Part shown: in pieces, positions 26,031 through 38,869 of the stretch | Numbering within the stretch: position 1 is the stretch's first letter | Layout of the letters: the number at the start of each line of letters is the position of its first letter | Assembly (NCBI RefSeq): GCF_006345805.1 | Contig: NC_042999.1 | Span: 135,346,001-135,410,000, forward strand | Direction: 5' to 3' | From: Octopus sinensis | Lineage: Eukaryota | Length of the DNA: 64,000 nt | Translations under genes and position numbers: made by a program | Notes under the pieces: generated by a model | Database searches by the model: none | What the model was told of the DNA's origin: nothing | What the model saw: only the letters and a program-made list of their open reading frames with translations

Positions 26031-27317
26031 TGAAAATGGTAAATTCCTTATAAATATTGACCTTGCTCATTAATTTAATCATAAATCTTAATAGAAATCT
26101 TTCATTATACCCCTGCTTGAAATTTGGAAGCTTTGGGTGTGGCAGCACATCCAATATAACAACCACCATACACCACTGTGTAGATTCAGTATTCAACTTA
26201 TACATGACATTATATCTGAGGTTAAAAGTAGGTCTTTCTTTTATTCTTGTACTTGTTACAGTCATTTGACTGCAGCCATGCTGGAGTACCACCATAAAGG
26301 GTTTTTTAGTCAAAGAAATCTTCGTAAGCCCAGTACTTATTCTATCTTGGTTTGTAATAGCAGAAGTACCCCCATACAATACAGTTATGTGTGTATGTAA
26401 ATTGTGCATTAGAGAGTCCATGAATATTCTTAGTTGATATGAGCCTACATCATTAAATAAGTTCTCGGATGCTATATTTTCGTGTAACCATAGATACCAT
26501 TCAACATTGAACGTGTGCGTGTCTTTGTCATGTTTTTACTGAAAAAAGATTCAAAGTCCCAGTTTGAAGCAGATCAGGTTTGGCATGAAGTGTTGCTTGT
26601 GGATGACACCTAGATGTGTAGAAGGTGAGGAAGGGGTGGTATCATCTACAAAGTAACAAGCATTGTTGGAGATGATAGCAAGTGTTTTAAGGAGAGAAAA
26701 CATGCAGTGCGGTCTGTGATGAAAAAATGCAAATTACTTTACAACTAGATGATACCTTAGAATTATACATTGGAATAGATGGTGAAATTCACACTCATAG
26801 TACATTTAATGAATGCTCAGTCAAAATACACCAGGCTTATGATATATGACTTATCACATTAATATTCCAAACATTCACCATCCTACCTATTTATTGTTTC
26901 TATCATAAATATATTAATAATGGTTGACGTGATAAAGAATGCAAACAGATTGACTCTTTTAATAAACCCACCTGAAACTACTCAGTTCTATGAGACAAAC
27001 TTATTTTGTTAAAGAGATCTAAATTGAAACATTCCATCAAAATTTTATGTTAATTATTGTATTATACACCAGGTTAATAGATTTTTCATTATTTTCAAAA
27101 TTAATTGAAACAAAAGCAGTGTATTTCATCAGAAATATGGAAACAAAAGGGTTAAACTGAGTGATACTTTTAGTGCTATTTCAAACTACCAAAAATGATA
27201 TTATACTCTGGCAAAGTCTTTGAGAAAATACAAAATAAGAATTTAAGACGTAAGAAGAAACCAAGAGATTTTTTAACCAAAGAATTGTTATTCCTTGATG
27301 TACTGTGACCTACTTAC

Positions 27318-27421
27318 TCGCTCAGTTGCATGTTCAGCTTCTGATATAGCTTTTCCTGTTTGAATTTCCATTTGAGTGACATTTTCCCAAAGGCGTCGGG
27401 ACCGAGTGGTTAGTGATTTTT
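27318..27421 (-). CDS. Exon 6 of unrecognised gene: (E)KSLTTRSRRLWENVTQMEIQTGKAISEAEHATER
   Basis: tttacag acceptor, gtaagt donor, 104 nt, phase 1 in and phase 0 out, matching its neighbours. Confidence 0.82.
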
Positions 27422-27897
27422 CTGTAAATAATTAAGAAACAAGAGAATAAATTAATTAGGGAGCAAAGCAAATATGAAAGGAAATGGTTACAAGATGATA
27501 TTCCACATATTAACTTGTCTTTATTTGATTTGATTATTAATTAATTAATTTTAATTTTTATTTTTGTAAATTTCCAATACCAAAATTGTTGCCTGCGACT
27601 AATTCATGATTTTAGACTCCTTAAGCTCCCTAAAACACTTCATGGGGTTTTAAGGGTTCTATGGGGACTAAAACTAATTTCTATAGAAAGAAAGAGAGAA
27701 ATTAACCCTGCTATTGGACTGGATCTTTATTTATCAATTCTCAGTGGATGAAAAGCAAAGCTGACCTCAGCAGGATTTGAACTTAGATCATACAGATCTG
27801 TAATATTGCTTAGCATTTTGTCTAATGCTCTATTAACTCTACCAATTTACTGCCTCTTGATAATAGATGCTAAGTTTATTAACTAAATTTAAATTTA

Positions 27898-28045
27898 GGA
27901 GTGGCTGTGTGATTGAGAAGTTTACTTTCCAATCACCTGGGTGTGGCACCTTGGACAAGTGTCGTCTACTATAGACCCAGATTGACCAAAGTACTTGTGA
28001 GTGAATTTTGTAGAGGCAACCGTATGGAAACCCTTAATATATATA

Positions 28046-28079
<34 letters not shown>

Positions 28080-28325
28080 CATGTGTGTGTGTGTGTGAGT
28101 ATGTGTATGTTTGTGTCACCTTGTCTTGATATCACATAATCATTGTAAATGTAAGTCATACATTTCAAGTATTCTGTGAAAACATGTTTGGCCAAAAAGA
28201 AATATTACATTGCTTGGAAACAGGTAAGGGTTGATTGTAAGAAAGGTTTCTGGCCATAACAAATCTGTCTTGATAAACTCTGTCCAACCCATGCAAGCAT
28301 GGAAAAGTGAGCATTAAAATTATGA
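27898..28325 (+). mobile_element. SINE with family-A tRNA head and RTE-like tail
   Basis: ggagtggctgtgtg head; ends ccaacccatgcaagcatggaaaag...attaaaattatgat. Confidence 0.65.
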
Positions 28326-29125
28326 TAATAAAGTTCTGGTTTTAGAACCAGCTTTGTTTTGATCATGAAAGGAAAAAAAAATCTCTGAAAAGTAATTTTA
28401 CTAATTTCATTTCCATTTACTTGGCATCATTAATTAGCTTTAATTAGAATATCCTGTCATATGACATTGAAACATTAGAGCAGCAAGTTATTACTTTATA
28501 AATGAGAAGTTACCATTACTGGGACTATACCAGATGTCAGCTAAAATATTTTCAGAGCAGTACAACTGACAGCACGAATCAACATATAAATCTTTGAGCT
28601 TAACCCTTATTTCAACTGTGAAGATTTGATGGTTTTTAACTTTCTTGTAACATCTCAAACTAATTCATCATCATTGTCATTCTTTAACATCCTTGTTCCA
28701 TTTTGGCATGGGTTGGACAGTTTAACAGGAACTGGCCAGGTAGAAGACTGCACCCTACTTCTGTGTCTGTTTTGGCATGGTTTTTTTATGGTTGGATGTC
28801 TTTTACGTGGCACCAGCACTGGCAGGGTCACCAAGTAACATTGCAAGACAAGGAAATTTTGAGAGGGGGTGATCTTATGTAAGATGAGGATAGGTTAGAG
28901 TGTGACAGAGACAGAAATAAATGTCTTGCTGTAGAGGAGGTACATAGTTACCTGACCAGAGAGGGAGGGAAAGAGAGAGAGAGAGAGAGAGAGAGATACC
29001 AAGAAACAGGAGTGCTGCTGTAAAGAGGATACATGGTAACTTAGCCCATGGGTAAAGCAAGAAAAGGAGAGAGAAGGTGATCAATTCCTATTTTGCAATT
29101 TCTCAGACTATGTTACACTCTAAGG

Positions 29126-29405
29126 CAGCAATTCTCAATGTAGGGCCTGAAAAAATTGTGGTAGGGCATGGTACCATAGTTGCAAGGCACAAGGTCCTCA
29201 TTAAAGTGAATCACTTTATTTTCTTAGTCAATAGAGTACCTTTTTTGCACTCAGTATTTAATAAAAGAGTTACTAGTAGATTTTTGTATTAAATAATTAC
29301 GATAAAATATTAAAAATAAAGTTGTTTTTTCTCAACCACCAGTGAGGTATAGATTTTTCTAGAAAGTTATAGTGGGCCTGAGGGAAAATAGGTTGGGAAA
29401 CACTG
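29126..29405. mobile_element. hAT (Charlie-like) MITE
   Basis: CAGcaattctcaa...ttgggaaacaCTG termini and near-identical 8-bp flanks ctctaagg / ctctaaag. Confidence 0.75.
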
Positions 29406-30155
29406 CTCTAAAGGAATGTACTACAGTTTATAATAATTTGATTTGAGATGGTATCAAAATATTCACTGTGTCAATCTGGTTTTGCATTCTCTACCATAAT
29501 TTCGTTGTTCAATCCCAACGATTGAATCAACACATAGGTAGGATGGAAAATATTTGGAATATTGATGTGTGAAGCATTTAATATTATATCAGCATGAATT
29601 TTCACTTGGCTGTATGGTTAAGAAGTTTTCCTCCTAAATATATCAGTGTCGTTGTTGTCGTCATCATCATCATCATTATTATCATCATCATCATCAGTAG
29701 CAGCAGCAGCAGCATTTAATGTCCATTTTCTCCATGCTCGCATGTGTCTAAAGGAATCTGTTGAAACAGATTGTCTACAGCCAGATGCTCCTCCTGTTGC
29801 TAAGTCTCACCTGTCTCCAAGGAAGATAATATTCTCCCATGGCCAGACATGTTCTCACAGAATATTGGAAGTGAATGACACTGCTCGTGTGAGAGCGACA
29901 CTTGTTTACAACTATCATGTGATGTCAAGATAAGTCCATTCCCAGTTATTATTGCATATATTCTTTCATTCTTTTACTTGTTTCAGTTGAAGAAATCAAC
30001 CCCAGGACTTATTCTTTGTAAGCCTAGTACTTATTGTATTGGTTCCTTTTGCTGAACTGCTAAGTTACAAGGCCATAAATGCACCAGCATTGGTTGTCAA
30101 TAATGGCAGGGGAACAAACACAGACATATACACATAAATACATACATATATATAT

Positions 30156-30660
30156 ACTAGCAGTATCGCCCGGCGTTGCTCGGGTTTGTAAGGGAAATAA
30201 CTATATAAGCATTTTTAGAGAGTTACTTCCCGTATAAATTCGGGCTTTCTTAGCCATTTTTATTTTGGTGTCTTCAAGCCATGAAGTCGTTGTTCTAAAA
30301 GAACGCTGGTTTCCTTCACAACGCATTACGACGTTGATTTCTTTACACTCCCTTCCCCACAGCTTCACGAGGGAGGGAAGGGGGAGAAGCAAACAGGTGC
30401 AGCTGTGAGCGTGGACGCCAACTCCGCCGCCATCGACATACGATGCATTTTATGCATTAAAATGGAATAAAAAATGATGTTAAATTATTTTTAAAATCGT
30501 AGACTCATCGTTGACGCGCGCTAATAGTCAGACGGGCTCGATATGAATCACGACTATAAGATACCCGAATTTGGTTAAACTGCACCGCAAAATGTGGGAG
30601 GAGTTAGGAATCTAAATCGAAGGGGACAGACACTCACACAACTAGAGTTTTATATATATA
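30156..30660 (-). mobile_element. Young non-autonomous Helitron
   Basis: Minus-strand 3' end cccgagcaacgccggg hairpin followed by CTAG|T; CpG-rich; inserted in the (TA)n spacer of a family-A SINE. Confidence 0.75.
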
Positions 30661-30719
30661 TGATGGGCTTCTTTCAGTTTTCACCTTACCACACAGCCAT
30701 GCCTTTGCCTATATATGTA

Positions 30720-31631
30720 TATTGGGTCATCCCATAAATAATGCAGTGTTTACACTTCTTTTATTTTTCAAAATTAAGATAAACAAAGTTCTTTTTTAAT
30801 CTAAAATATATTCTCCTTCATTTTTGACAATGTTCTTCCATCTATCTAGTAGACTTGCAAGGCCCTTATTCCAAAATTCACTTGTCCCTGATGAAAAATA
30901 CTCCACCAGTACAATTCTGACCTTGTTTACAGAATTCATATTTTTTCCATCCAAATGATTTTGAAGATTGCAGGAAAAAAATGATAATCAATTGGGGCAA
31001 TATCCAGCAAAAATGGTGGGTGAGGCATTGTTTCCCATTCAAACTGCTTCAGCCTTTGGAATGTCATCCTTGCTGTATGTGGCTGAGCATGATCCTGATG
31101 GAAGAAAACCTTTCATCTTGAAACCAAAGATTGTTGTTTTTCTTCTAGCACCAGTGTTGATGAAGGGTTGAATGATTGAATCCAAGCTTCTCTGGTGGTT
31201 TCTCAACAGTTACAATGGGATTTTGTTCCACCAGGGTTTGCAGGATGTCCTCGTTGAGCTCTATAGATCTTCCAGGATGACACTCATCTTCTGGACTGTA
31301 GTTTCTGGCTTGGAATTCCTGGAACCACCATTGACACTCACTTATGCTTATCGTCCAATCCCCATATACTGCATTAATATTCCTTGCACTTTCTGTTGTG
31401 TTGTTACTTTTATTAAACTCACAAAGCAAAATATGCTGAATATGCTCCTTTGTCACTTCCATGATAGTTTTGAAAAAATAACTGTTTAAAACTAACTGCA
31501 CTCTTCAAAACTTGCACTATGAATTACTACTTGCTTGTGTCACGAGTTGATGCAGGTTGTTTATCCCATTCCCCTCTGACTTTTAGTTCATGCAATTGAA
31601 AAAATCACATTATTTCTAGGTTGACCCGGTA
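30720..31631 (-). mobile_element. Internally deleted mariner with TIRs
   Basis: TA-ttgggtcatcccataaataatg matches reverse of cattatttctaggttgacccgg-TA; ORF with KEHIQHILLCEF...INAVYG...CQWWFQEF...EDE.HPGR (HTH) and HPPF remnant. Confidence 0.88.
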
Positions 31632-32106
31632 TATATATATATATATATATAGTATTAATAATGATCAGGAGAATGGAGATTTTCCACATCTATAATTTTA
31701 TTGCACAGTTATTTACAGCATTTTTTCATGGACCTATGGTATCAACTGTACACTGTCAGATATGCATCCTGGTGCCATGGTTGGTACAGTTTCATCAAGG
31801 TTCATTATTTACTGCCATTTGAAGTGAAGCTGAAGGAATCAGCAAGCTGAGAGAATAAAGTGATTCTTCAGAGGTATTGGTAATACTACAAATAGCTGTA
31901 GTATCATGGTTTACCTCTGATAAGTGTGGTAGTTAAAGTGAGATACAGTCTTAAAAATAGGTCACGGTTAGATTAAAAGTTTGCACAGATTCATTAATAC
32001 TATCAAAAAGTTTGCTATACTACTCATTTCAAGGAGAATATTCTTATTTTTAGAAGTATTCAATTAATTTTGATTTATTATTTGTTTTTGTTTTCACAAT
32101 CGTTAT

Positions 32107-33400
32107 ATGCACCAAGTGTAAGCAATGGACACATAAGAGGTGCAGCAATGTCAAAGGAAGGCTAACTAGGAAGATAGTTTTTGTATGTGGCAGATGCTCA
32201 GGAGCAATAAACACTGAAAATGCTCAGAGAACAACTTCCGCCTCATTCCAGGGAGAAAAACTAGAAATTGTTGATAGCTTCCGTTACCTAGGTGACCAAG
32301 TCAGTAGCAGGGGCGGGTGTGCTGAAAGTGTAACTGCAAGAGTAAGAATAGCCTGGGCAAAGTTCAGAGAGCTCTTACCTCTGCTGGTGACAAAAGGCCT
32401 CTCGCTCAGAATAAAAGGCAGACTGTATGACGCATGTGTACGAACAGCCATGCTACATGGCAGTGAAACTTGGGCCGTGACTGCTGAGGACATGCGTAAG
32501 CTCACAAGAAATGAAGCCAGTATGCTCCGATGGATGTGTAATGTCAGTGTTCATACTCAACAGAGTGTAAGTACCTTGAGAGAAAAGTTGGACCTAAGAA
32601 GCATCAGTTGTGGTGTGCAAGAGAGGCGTTTGCGCTGGTATGGTCATGTAGCGAGAATGGATGAAGATAGCTGTGTGAAAACGTGCCACACCCTAGCGGT
32701 TGAGGGAACCTGTGGAAGAGGTAGACCCAGGAAAACCTGGGACGAGGTGGTGAAGCACGACCTTCGAACATTAGGTCTCATCAAGGAGATGACCAGAGAC
32801 CGAGACCTTTGGAAGTATGCTGTGCGTTGGAAGACCCGGCAGGACAAGTGAGACCATAACCCATGGCCTCTACCTGGGACATAGCCAGTCCCCTTATGCA
32901 TACCTTTCCTTCTTGTGACACAAACCCTATGTGTGAAGACCTGTTGAGGAAAATGAAAATGAAAATCAAAATCAAAATCGATCAACATCAATGGAAATTG
33001 TAGCTGTGATACCAGTGCCGATGGCACGTAAGAGAACCATCCGAACATGGCCGTTGTCAGCGCCCCCCCACCGACTGGCCTCCGTGCCAGTGGCACGTAA
33101 AATGCACCATCCGATTGCAGCCATTGCCAGCCCCGTCTGGGCCCCGTGCCGGTGGCATGTAAAAAGCAGCATCCGATCATGGCCGTTTGCCAGCCTCATC
33201 TGGCACCTGTGCAGGTGGCACGTAAAAAGCACCCAGTACACTCATGGAGTGGTTGGTGTTAGGAAGGGCATCCAGCTGTAGAAACTCTGCCAGATCAGAC
33301 TGGGCCTGGCGCAGCCTTCTGGCTTCCGAGACCCCAGTTGAACTGTCCAACCCATGCTAGCATGGAAAACGGACGTTAAACGATGATGATGATGATGATT
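32107..33400 (+). mobile_element. 5'-truncated RTE LINE, well preserved 3' end
   Basis: Open frame CTKCKQWTHKRC...FRYLGD...MLHGSETW...RGRPRKTW, then 3' UTR and (GAT)n tail. Confidence 0.93.
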
Positions 33401-33568
33401 AAATTCAATATATTTATTTGAATTTCTTAAAAGTATATTTATTTGCATGAAGACACCTTAAACCACATACTTGCCTAGTGTTTATCAGATAAAATTTAGA
33501 AGTGAAAATTTGGTACATTTCCTCAACACATAGGTCGCATTGTTTACATTATATATATATATATATAT

Positions 33569-33600
<32 letters not shown>

Positions 33601-33602
<2 letters not shown>

Positions 33603-34000
33603 CTTTTATTCTTTTACTTGTTTCAGTCATTTGACTGCAGCCATGCAGGAGCACCACCTTTAGTCAATCAAATCGACCCCAGGACTTATTCTTTGTAAGC
33701 CTAGTACTTATTGTATCGGTCTCATTTGCCCAACTGCTAAGTTACAGCGACATAAACGCACCAGCATTGGTTGTCAAGTGATGTTTGGGGGACAAACACA
33801 TAGAGATGAATACAAACACACATACATATATATGTATGTGTGTTTGTGTTCTTTCAGTTTCTGTCTACCAAATCCACTCACAAGGCTTTGGTCGGCCTCC
33901 TGAGGCTATAGTACAAGACACTTGCCCAACATGCCATGCAGTAGGACTGAACCCAGAACCATGTGGTTGGTAAGCAAGCTACTTACCACACAGCCTCTCC
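33601..34000 (-). mobile_element. tRNA-derived SINE family A
   Basis: Matches 42853-43268 in reverse. Confidence 0.85.
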
Positions 34001-34301
34001 TATATATATATATATATATACACACACATTCACACAATAATAAGGATTCTTGAGAGAATCAGGTACTTGAATGATAGGGTTGAGTTAACCTGTGATCACC
34101 TTTAGTCAAATAAATATCCAGTAAAATATTCAGGTTGTGTACACAGAGAAAACCACCACTATACATATTTAGCACCTGGGGACTGGTCCAAAGCACACAT
34201 TTTGTTGATCATACATTGTTTGGTATACTCTAGGATGACCAATATCTCATGAATCCCTTTGGTATATTATGAGCAAATGAATAACAATAGGTGATGGATA
34301 A

Positions 34302-34553
34302 ATGTCAGTTCATTACAACTGTTTCTTACACATTTTAAATGGATGAATGAGTACATTACATCATTTCAAAAAACCATATTCATCAGATGATACATATAAT
34401 TTCAAAACAACATAAGAACACTCCATGAACACCATCAGAACACGATTGTTTTGAAATTATATGCATCATCAATTGAATAAGGTTTTTTGCAATGATGTAG
34501 TGTACTCATTCATCTATTAAAAATGTGTAAAAACAGCTATAATAATCTGATAT
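34302..34553. repeat. Degenerate ~250-bp inverted repeat
   Basis: ttacacattttaaatggatgaatgagtacattacatcatt mirrors aatgatgtagtgtactcattcatctattaaaaatgtgtaa. Confidence 0.85.
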
Positions 34554-34576
34554 AGTTATTCATTTGTGATATTACA

Positions 34577-35375
34577 TTAAAGAGACTTGTTTGGTAAAGC
34601 TGGAACAATGTGGGAAGATATAAAGTAAACTACAAAAAGAAAGCAATGTAAAATTGGAGTTTTACCATATATTTCTACATATCAGGATTATGGCATCTCC
34701 TTCAGGACATGTGGATGAGTGAGGGGTTACTCAGATGTGCTGGGGAGGATAGTGACATGTGCAGACTGGTGTTGCTTTATGTTGCTCTTTTCTGTTATAG
34801 CTGGTCTCAGTTAGTTGATAAGGTGAGCCTCTATGATTCTGTGATTGTCTCTATTGTGTTGATTTGTCCTGATGGATACCATAAAATCCTGCCACTGCAC
34901 TTTTGTAGGTGGTTTTTTACTTAAATGTCGGTGAGCATCCTATACTGGGAGCACCACTAGGAAACTGCATGTTTGTATCAAGGAACATTTACAGACAGAC
35001 ACTTCAAACAAAAAATTCAACAGAAGTGCCAGATCCAGGATTTCACAGTACCCATCAAGGCCACTCAGTGTAATAGAGACAATCTTAGAATAATGAAGGC
35101 CCTCCTTATCAACAAATTGAGACCACCTATAAACAACAGAAAAGAGCTACAAGAAGCAGAATGGTTACTAAAACAACACCAGCCTGCACATGTCATAGCC
35201 CTCACCCACATATCTGAGCAATGACCTTTTTTCCATCCTTTGTTTGTCCTGAAGAAGAGGTCATAATCCTCCAAAATAGAAATATAAGGTAAAACTCCAA
35301 TTCTGTTCTGTTTTCTTTTCATAGTTTACATCTCATCTCACATTATTCAGGTCTTACCCAACAAGTCTCTTAAAT
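34577..35375. mobile_element. Old Penelope-like 3' end present as a head-to-head inverted duplication
   Basis: + arm encodes LRIMKALLINKLRPPINNRKE (GIY-YIG C-terminus-like); the left arm is its diverged reverse complement; both arms carry a decayed cctgaaga/cctgaagga core. Confidence 0.7.
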
Positions 35376-35743
35376 ATTTATCCAGAGGAAAATGTAATTC
35401 TCACCAGCTATATAAACCTACAGCTTTTTCACTTATAACTAGTTTGATAAGTGCCAACACACAAAACTCTCAGCCCTATATATAAATATTTGTGGGCCTT
35501 CTTTCAATTACTGTCTACTAAGTCTATTCACAAGGCCCTGGTCAGTCCAGGCTAAGTAGAAAACACTTGCCCAATTTCTCAAGGTGCTGTGCAGTAGGAG
35601 TGAACACGAGACCACATAGTTGGGAAACATGTTTAATATCCATATGGCAATGTCATAGGCTGTATGATTAACAAGCTTGCATATATATATATATATTATA
35701 TATATATATATATATTATATATATATGTAAGAAAAAAGATATA

Positions 35744-35817
<74 letters not shown>

Positions 35818-36389
35818 CATTTGTGTGTGTGTGTATATATATATATAGTCAAAATGAGGGTGAAAAAATTGGATATTGATTTAATAACATCATTTTAACA
35901 CCAGTGGTTTAGCGCAGTTTTCTCTATATATGTATATCTATATGTAAGTATATCTTTTTTCTTACATTTTTTATTTTTATTTTTTCAGTCTCTTTTGCCA
36001 AACTGCTAAGTTATAGGGATGTAAGCACACTAACACCAGTTGTCAAGCAGTGGTGTGGGACAAATGCATACACACATATACGATGGGCTTCTAGTTTCTG
36101 TCTATGAAATCTACTCACAAGGTTTTGGTTGGCCTGAGGCTATAGCAGGGGATACTTGCTCATGATACCATGCAGTGGGTCTCAACCTTCTCTTTCATGT
36201 GGTTTACCTTACAGCTACTCATGTACAATTTATACACAAACATACATGAATACATTTTAAATACAATAACTGAAATTAAGGTCATCTTGTCTTTTTGCTT
36301 TAACCTTAAAATAACAGTCATTGTGTTGTTATTATCAATGAAGGTCTTGATTTTGGCAGCTGCATATGAAAAAAAAATTGAATTGTTAC

Positions 36390-36579
36390 CTGGGACAGCA
36401 TTTGCAAAAGGGTGGAATTCATACTCCAGATGATGTTTGCTTTTATCTTCTTTAACCATTTTTCTCATTCGTCGAACATCATTTTCATAACTTCTGATTT
36501 GGTAGAGAACCTCAGGGAAATTTTCAGCATTATAATCCTTGAATTTTTTGATATATTCTGCTGTGGAAACTCTAATGAG
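36390..36579 (-). CDS. Exon 5 of unrecognised gene: LIRVSTAEYIKKFKDY...EFHPFANAVP
   Basis: tttatag acceptor, gtaaca donor, 190 nt open, phase 0 in and phase 1 out. Confidence 0.82.
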
Positions 36580-36812
36580 CTATAAATTATAAAATACAAA
36601 ATGAATGAAGAAACTGCTGTGATTTTGAAACTTGAAATGATTGCTTGTTGAAATCTGCATGTGATGTGTGCATGTGTGTGTGTGTGTATGTGTGTATGTG
36701 TGTGAGAGAGAGAAAGTGTACATACACCCCAAAAAAGATAATACATCAATCATAGACATACATAATATTAATCACAATATACAATACATAGATCATTCAT
36801 ACAAGATGAGTG

Positions 36813-36852
<40 letters not shown>

Positions 36853-38560
36853 GATGTAAAAGAATATTACATAAGAGTTTTTTTAAAATCCAGGTAGGAT
36901 GGTGTCTACAGTTCTTATTTAAAACTTCAGTAAACCCTCTAACCCTGTATTTTGTTATTTATATTGAAATATATTGACTTTGTTTCTATTAATTAATAAG
37001 AAAAAAATGAAGAATTTATTAAAATAAATTTGTCATTATTAAGCTGGTGTTTGGAACAAATTAACAAGAAATTTTGATGGTAGGCTTTTAAATTAGTTCA
37101 CTTTCAAATGGGAAATTTGTATCATAGAACTAAGGACAGTCTCAGACAGGTTGGTATCAAAAGGGTTAATACAGTTCTAGGTAGAACTTTTTGGGGGAAA
37201 TGAAGAATTAATTCTTTTTTTCCAAGGTTAAGATTAGAGATTGGTTCTTTTGCATGAAGAGTCTTCAGATTTTAGAACAGCTTCTAGAATTATAAGAATA
37301 AGGTTCCCTTGTACTAGATCATTATTTTGGCAAAATGGATGGCAGAGTTGTGGAATTACGTTTCAGACAAAATACTTTGCAATATTTGTCCTTGTTAAGG
37401 TGGTGAGCTGGCAGAATTGTCAGCATACCAGGCAAAATGCTTTGTGGCATTTCATTCATCTTTATGTCTTTAGTTCAAATTTTGCCAGGGTTGACTTTAC
37501 CTTTCATCCTTTTGGGATTGATCAAGTAACTGCCAGTTCAATACTGGGGTCAATGTAATTGACTTACCCCCTCTCCTGAAATTGTTGGCCTTGTGCCAAA
37601 ATTTGAAATCAATATTTGTCCTTACTTTTTGAATAGAAATTGTTTTTTAACCAAAATAATGATAGTAATTCTCTTACTCACTGTGCCACTGATGGACACA
37701 TCTCTTCTCTACTTGTCATCCCTAATCTATCATAATTCTCTTTAAATCCTGCACTAAATCCTTTCACAACCATTCCTCCCCAGACTGTAACACTCTAGAA
37801 TTCCATTTCTTACCATGTTTCCTGAACAGACATCAATCTTTCACTCACAGAAGTTGAAGTTCAACACAAGCCACAACAATCTCAGAATTAAAAAAATACT
37901 GTGATTTTAATCCTATAAAGTCTTAGCTACAATTTTAACCTTTTAGCATTTAAACTAGCCAAACCTAGCCAGAATATTCAACCCGTTTTATGCTGAAACT
38001 GGCCAGAACTGGCTTTTCACAACTAACCTATAATATCATTTTACAAATAAACAATCACATCATAAAATTCTCAACGCTATGAAATTTAAGATGATGTGAA
38101 TACATAAGTATGACATTTGATAGAGTAATCTGAATGCTAAAGGGTTAAAAAAAACTATAAGAGGAAATAGCTGTTGTTGCCCAGAATGTGGTATCATAGA
38201 ATTCAAACACAGTTTTTGGTGCCGTGAAAGAGTTAGTAAATAGATGTTATCCATTTCTTCTTAAGCAAACTATGCACACAGTCTCTACTTTTCTGACTAT
38301 TTAAAAAACATCTGATACACACACACATACATGCACACTTGCAGATACAAAGATATACAAACTCATTGCGATGCAAAGATATACAAGCATTCTCACAGAA
38401 GCACACATACACATGGACACATTTGCACACACACATACATATATATGTACTCATACACAAGTACCTATGCATGCAGTTATACAGAGATGTTCATACACAC
38501 AAAAACACATACACATATACACAAACACAAAACATAACTATATGTGTAACATATACTTAC

Positions 38561-38869
38561 CCGAATGTGCTGTGGTGTGCCAACAGCTTCGTTTATGACT
38601 TCCATTTGGTCAGACAATAATGGTGGTGTTAACACAAGGTTTTGTGCAGCATTTCTCTGGTTGTTATTTTCAAATGTCATCTGAGCAATAATTAATTCAT
38701 AGGTACCATAACTACGTTTCTGCAGGTAATAAACCTGTTTATAGTAATGTGTGAAGCCTTCGAAAGGGCTCCAGTCAACAGTCAGTTCATCGATACCTGT
38801 TCTGTAATTCTCCACGAAAGCTCTGATGTAGGTACTTTGGTTGAATGTTATCATATTACCAATTTCCAC
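38561..38869 (-). CDS. Exon 4 of unrecognised gene: VEIGNMITFNQS...AVGTPQHIR
   Basis: ttattag acceptor, gtaagt donor, 309 nt open, phase 0/0. Confidence 0.85.

Noticed and set aside
31740-32000. Candidate extra exon between exons 5 and 6
   Set aside because: No convincing acceptor/donor pair with an open frame; exons 5 and 6 already join in phase
36390-36400. AVPG at the exon 5 end suggested a group III phospholipase A2 (PGTKWCG) motif
   Set aside because: The next in-phase exon gives AVPEKSL; no WCG or CCRxHD motif was found
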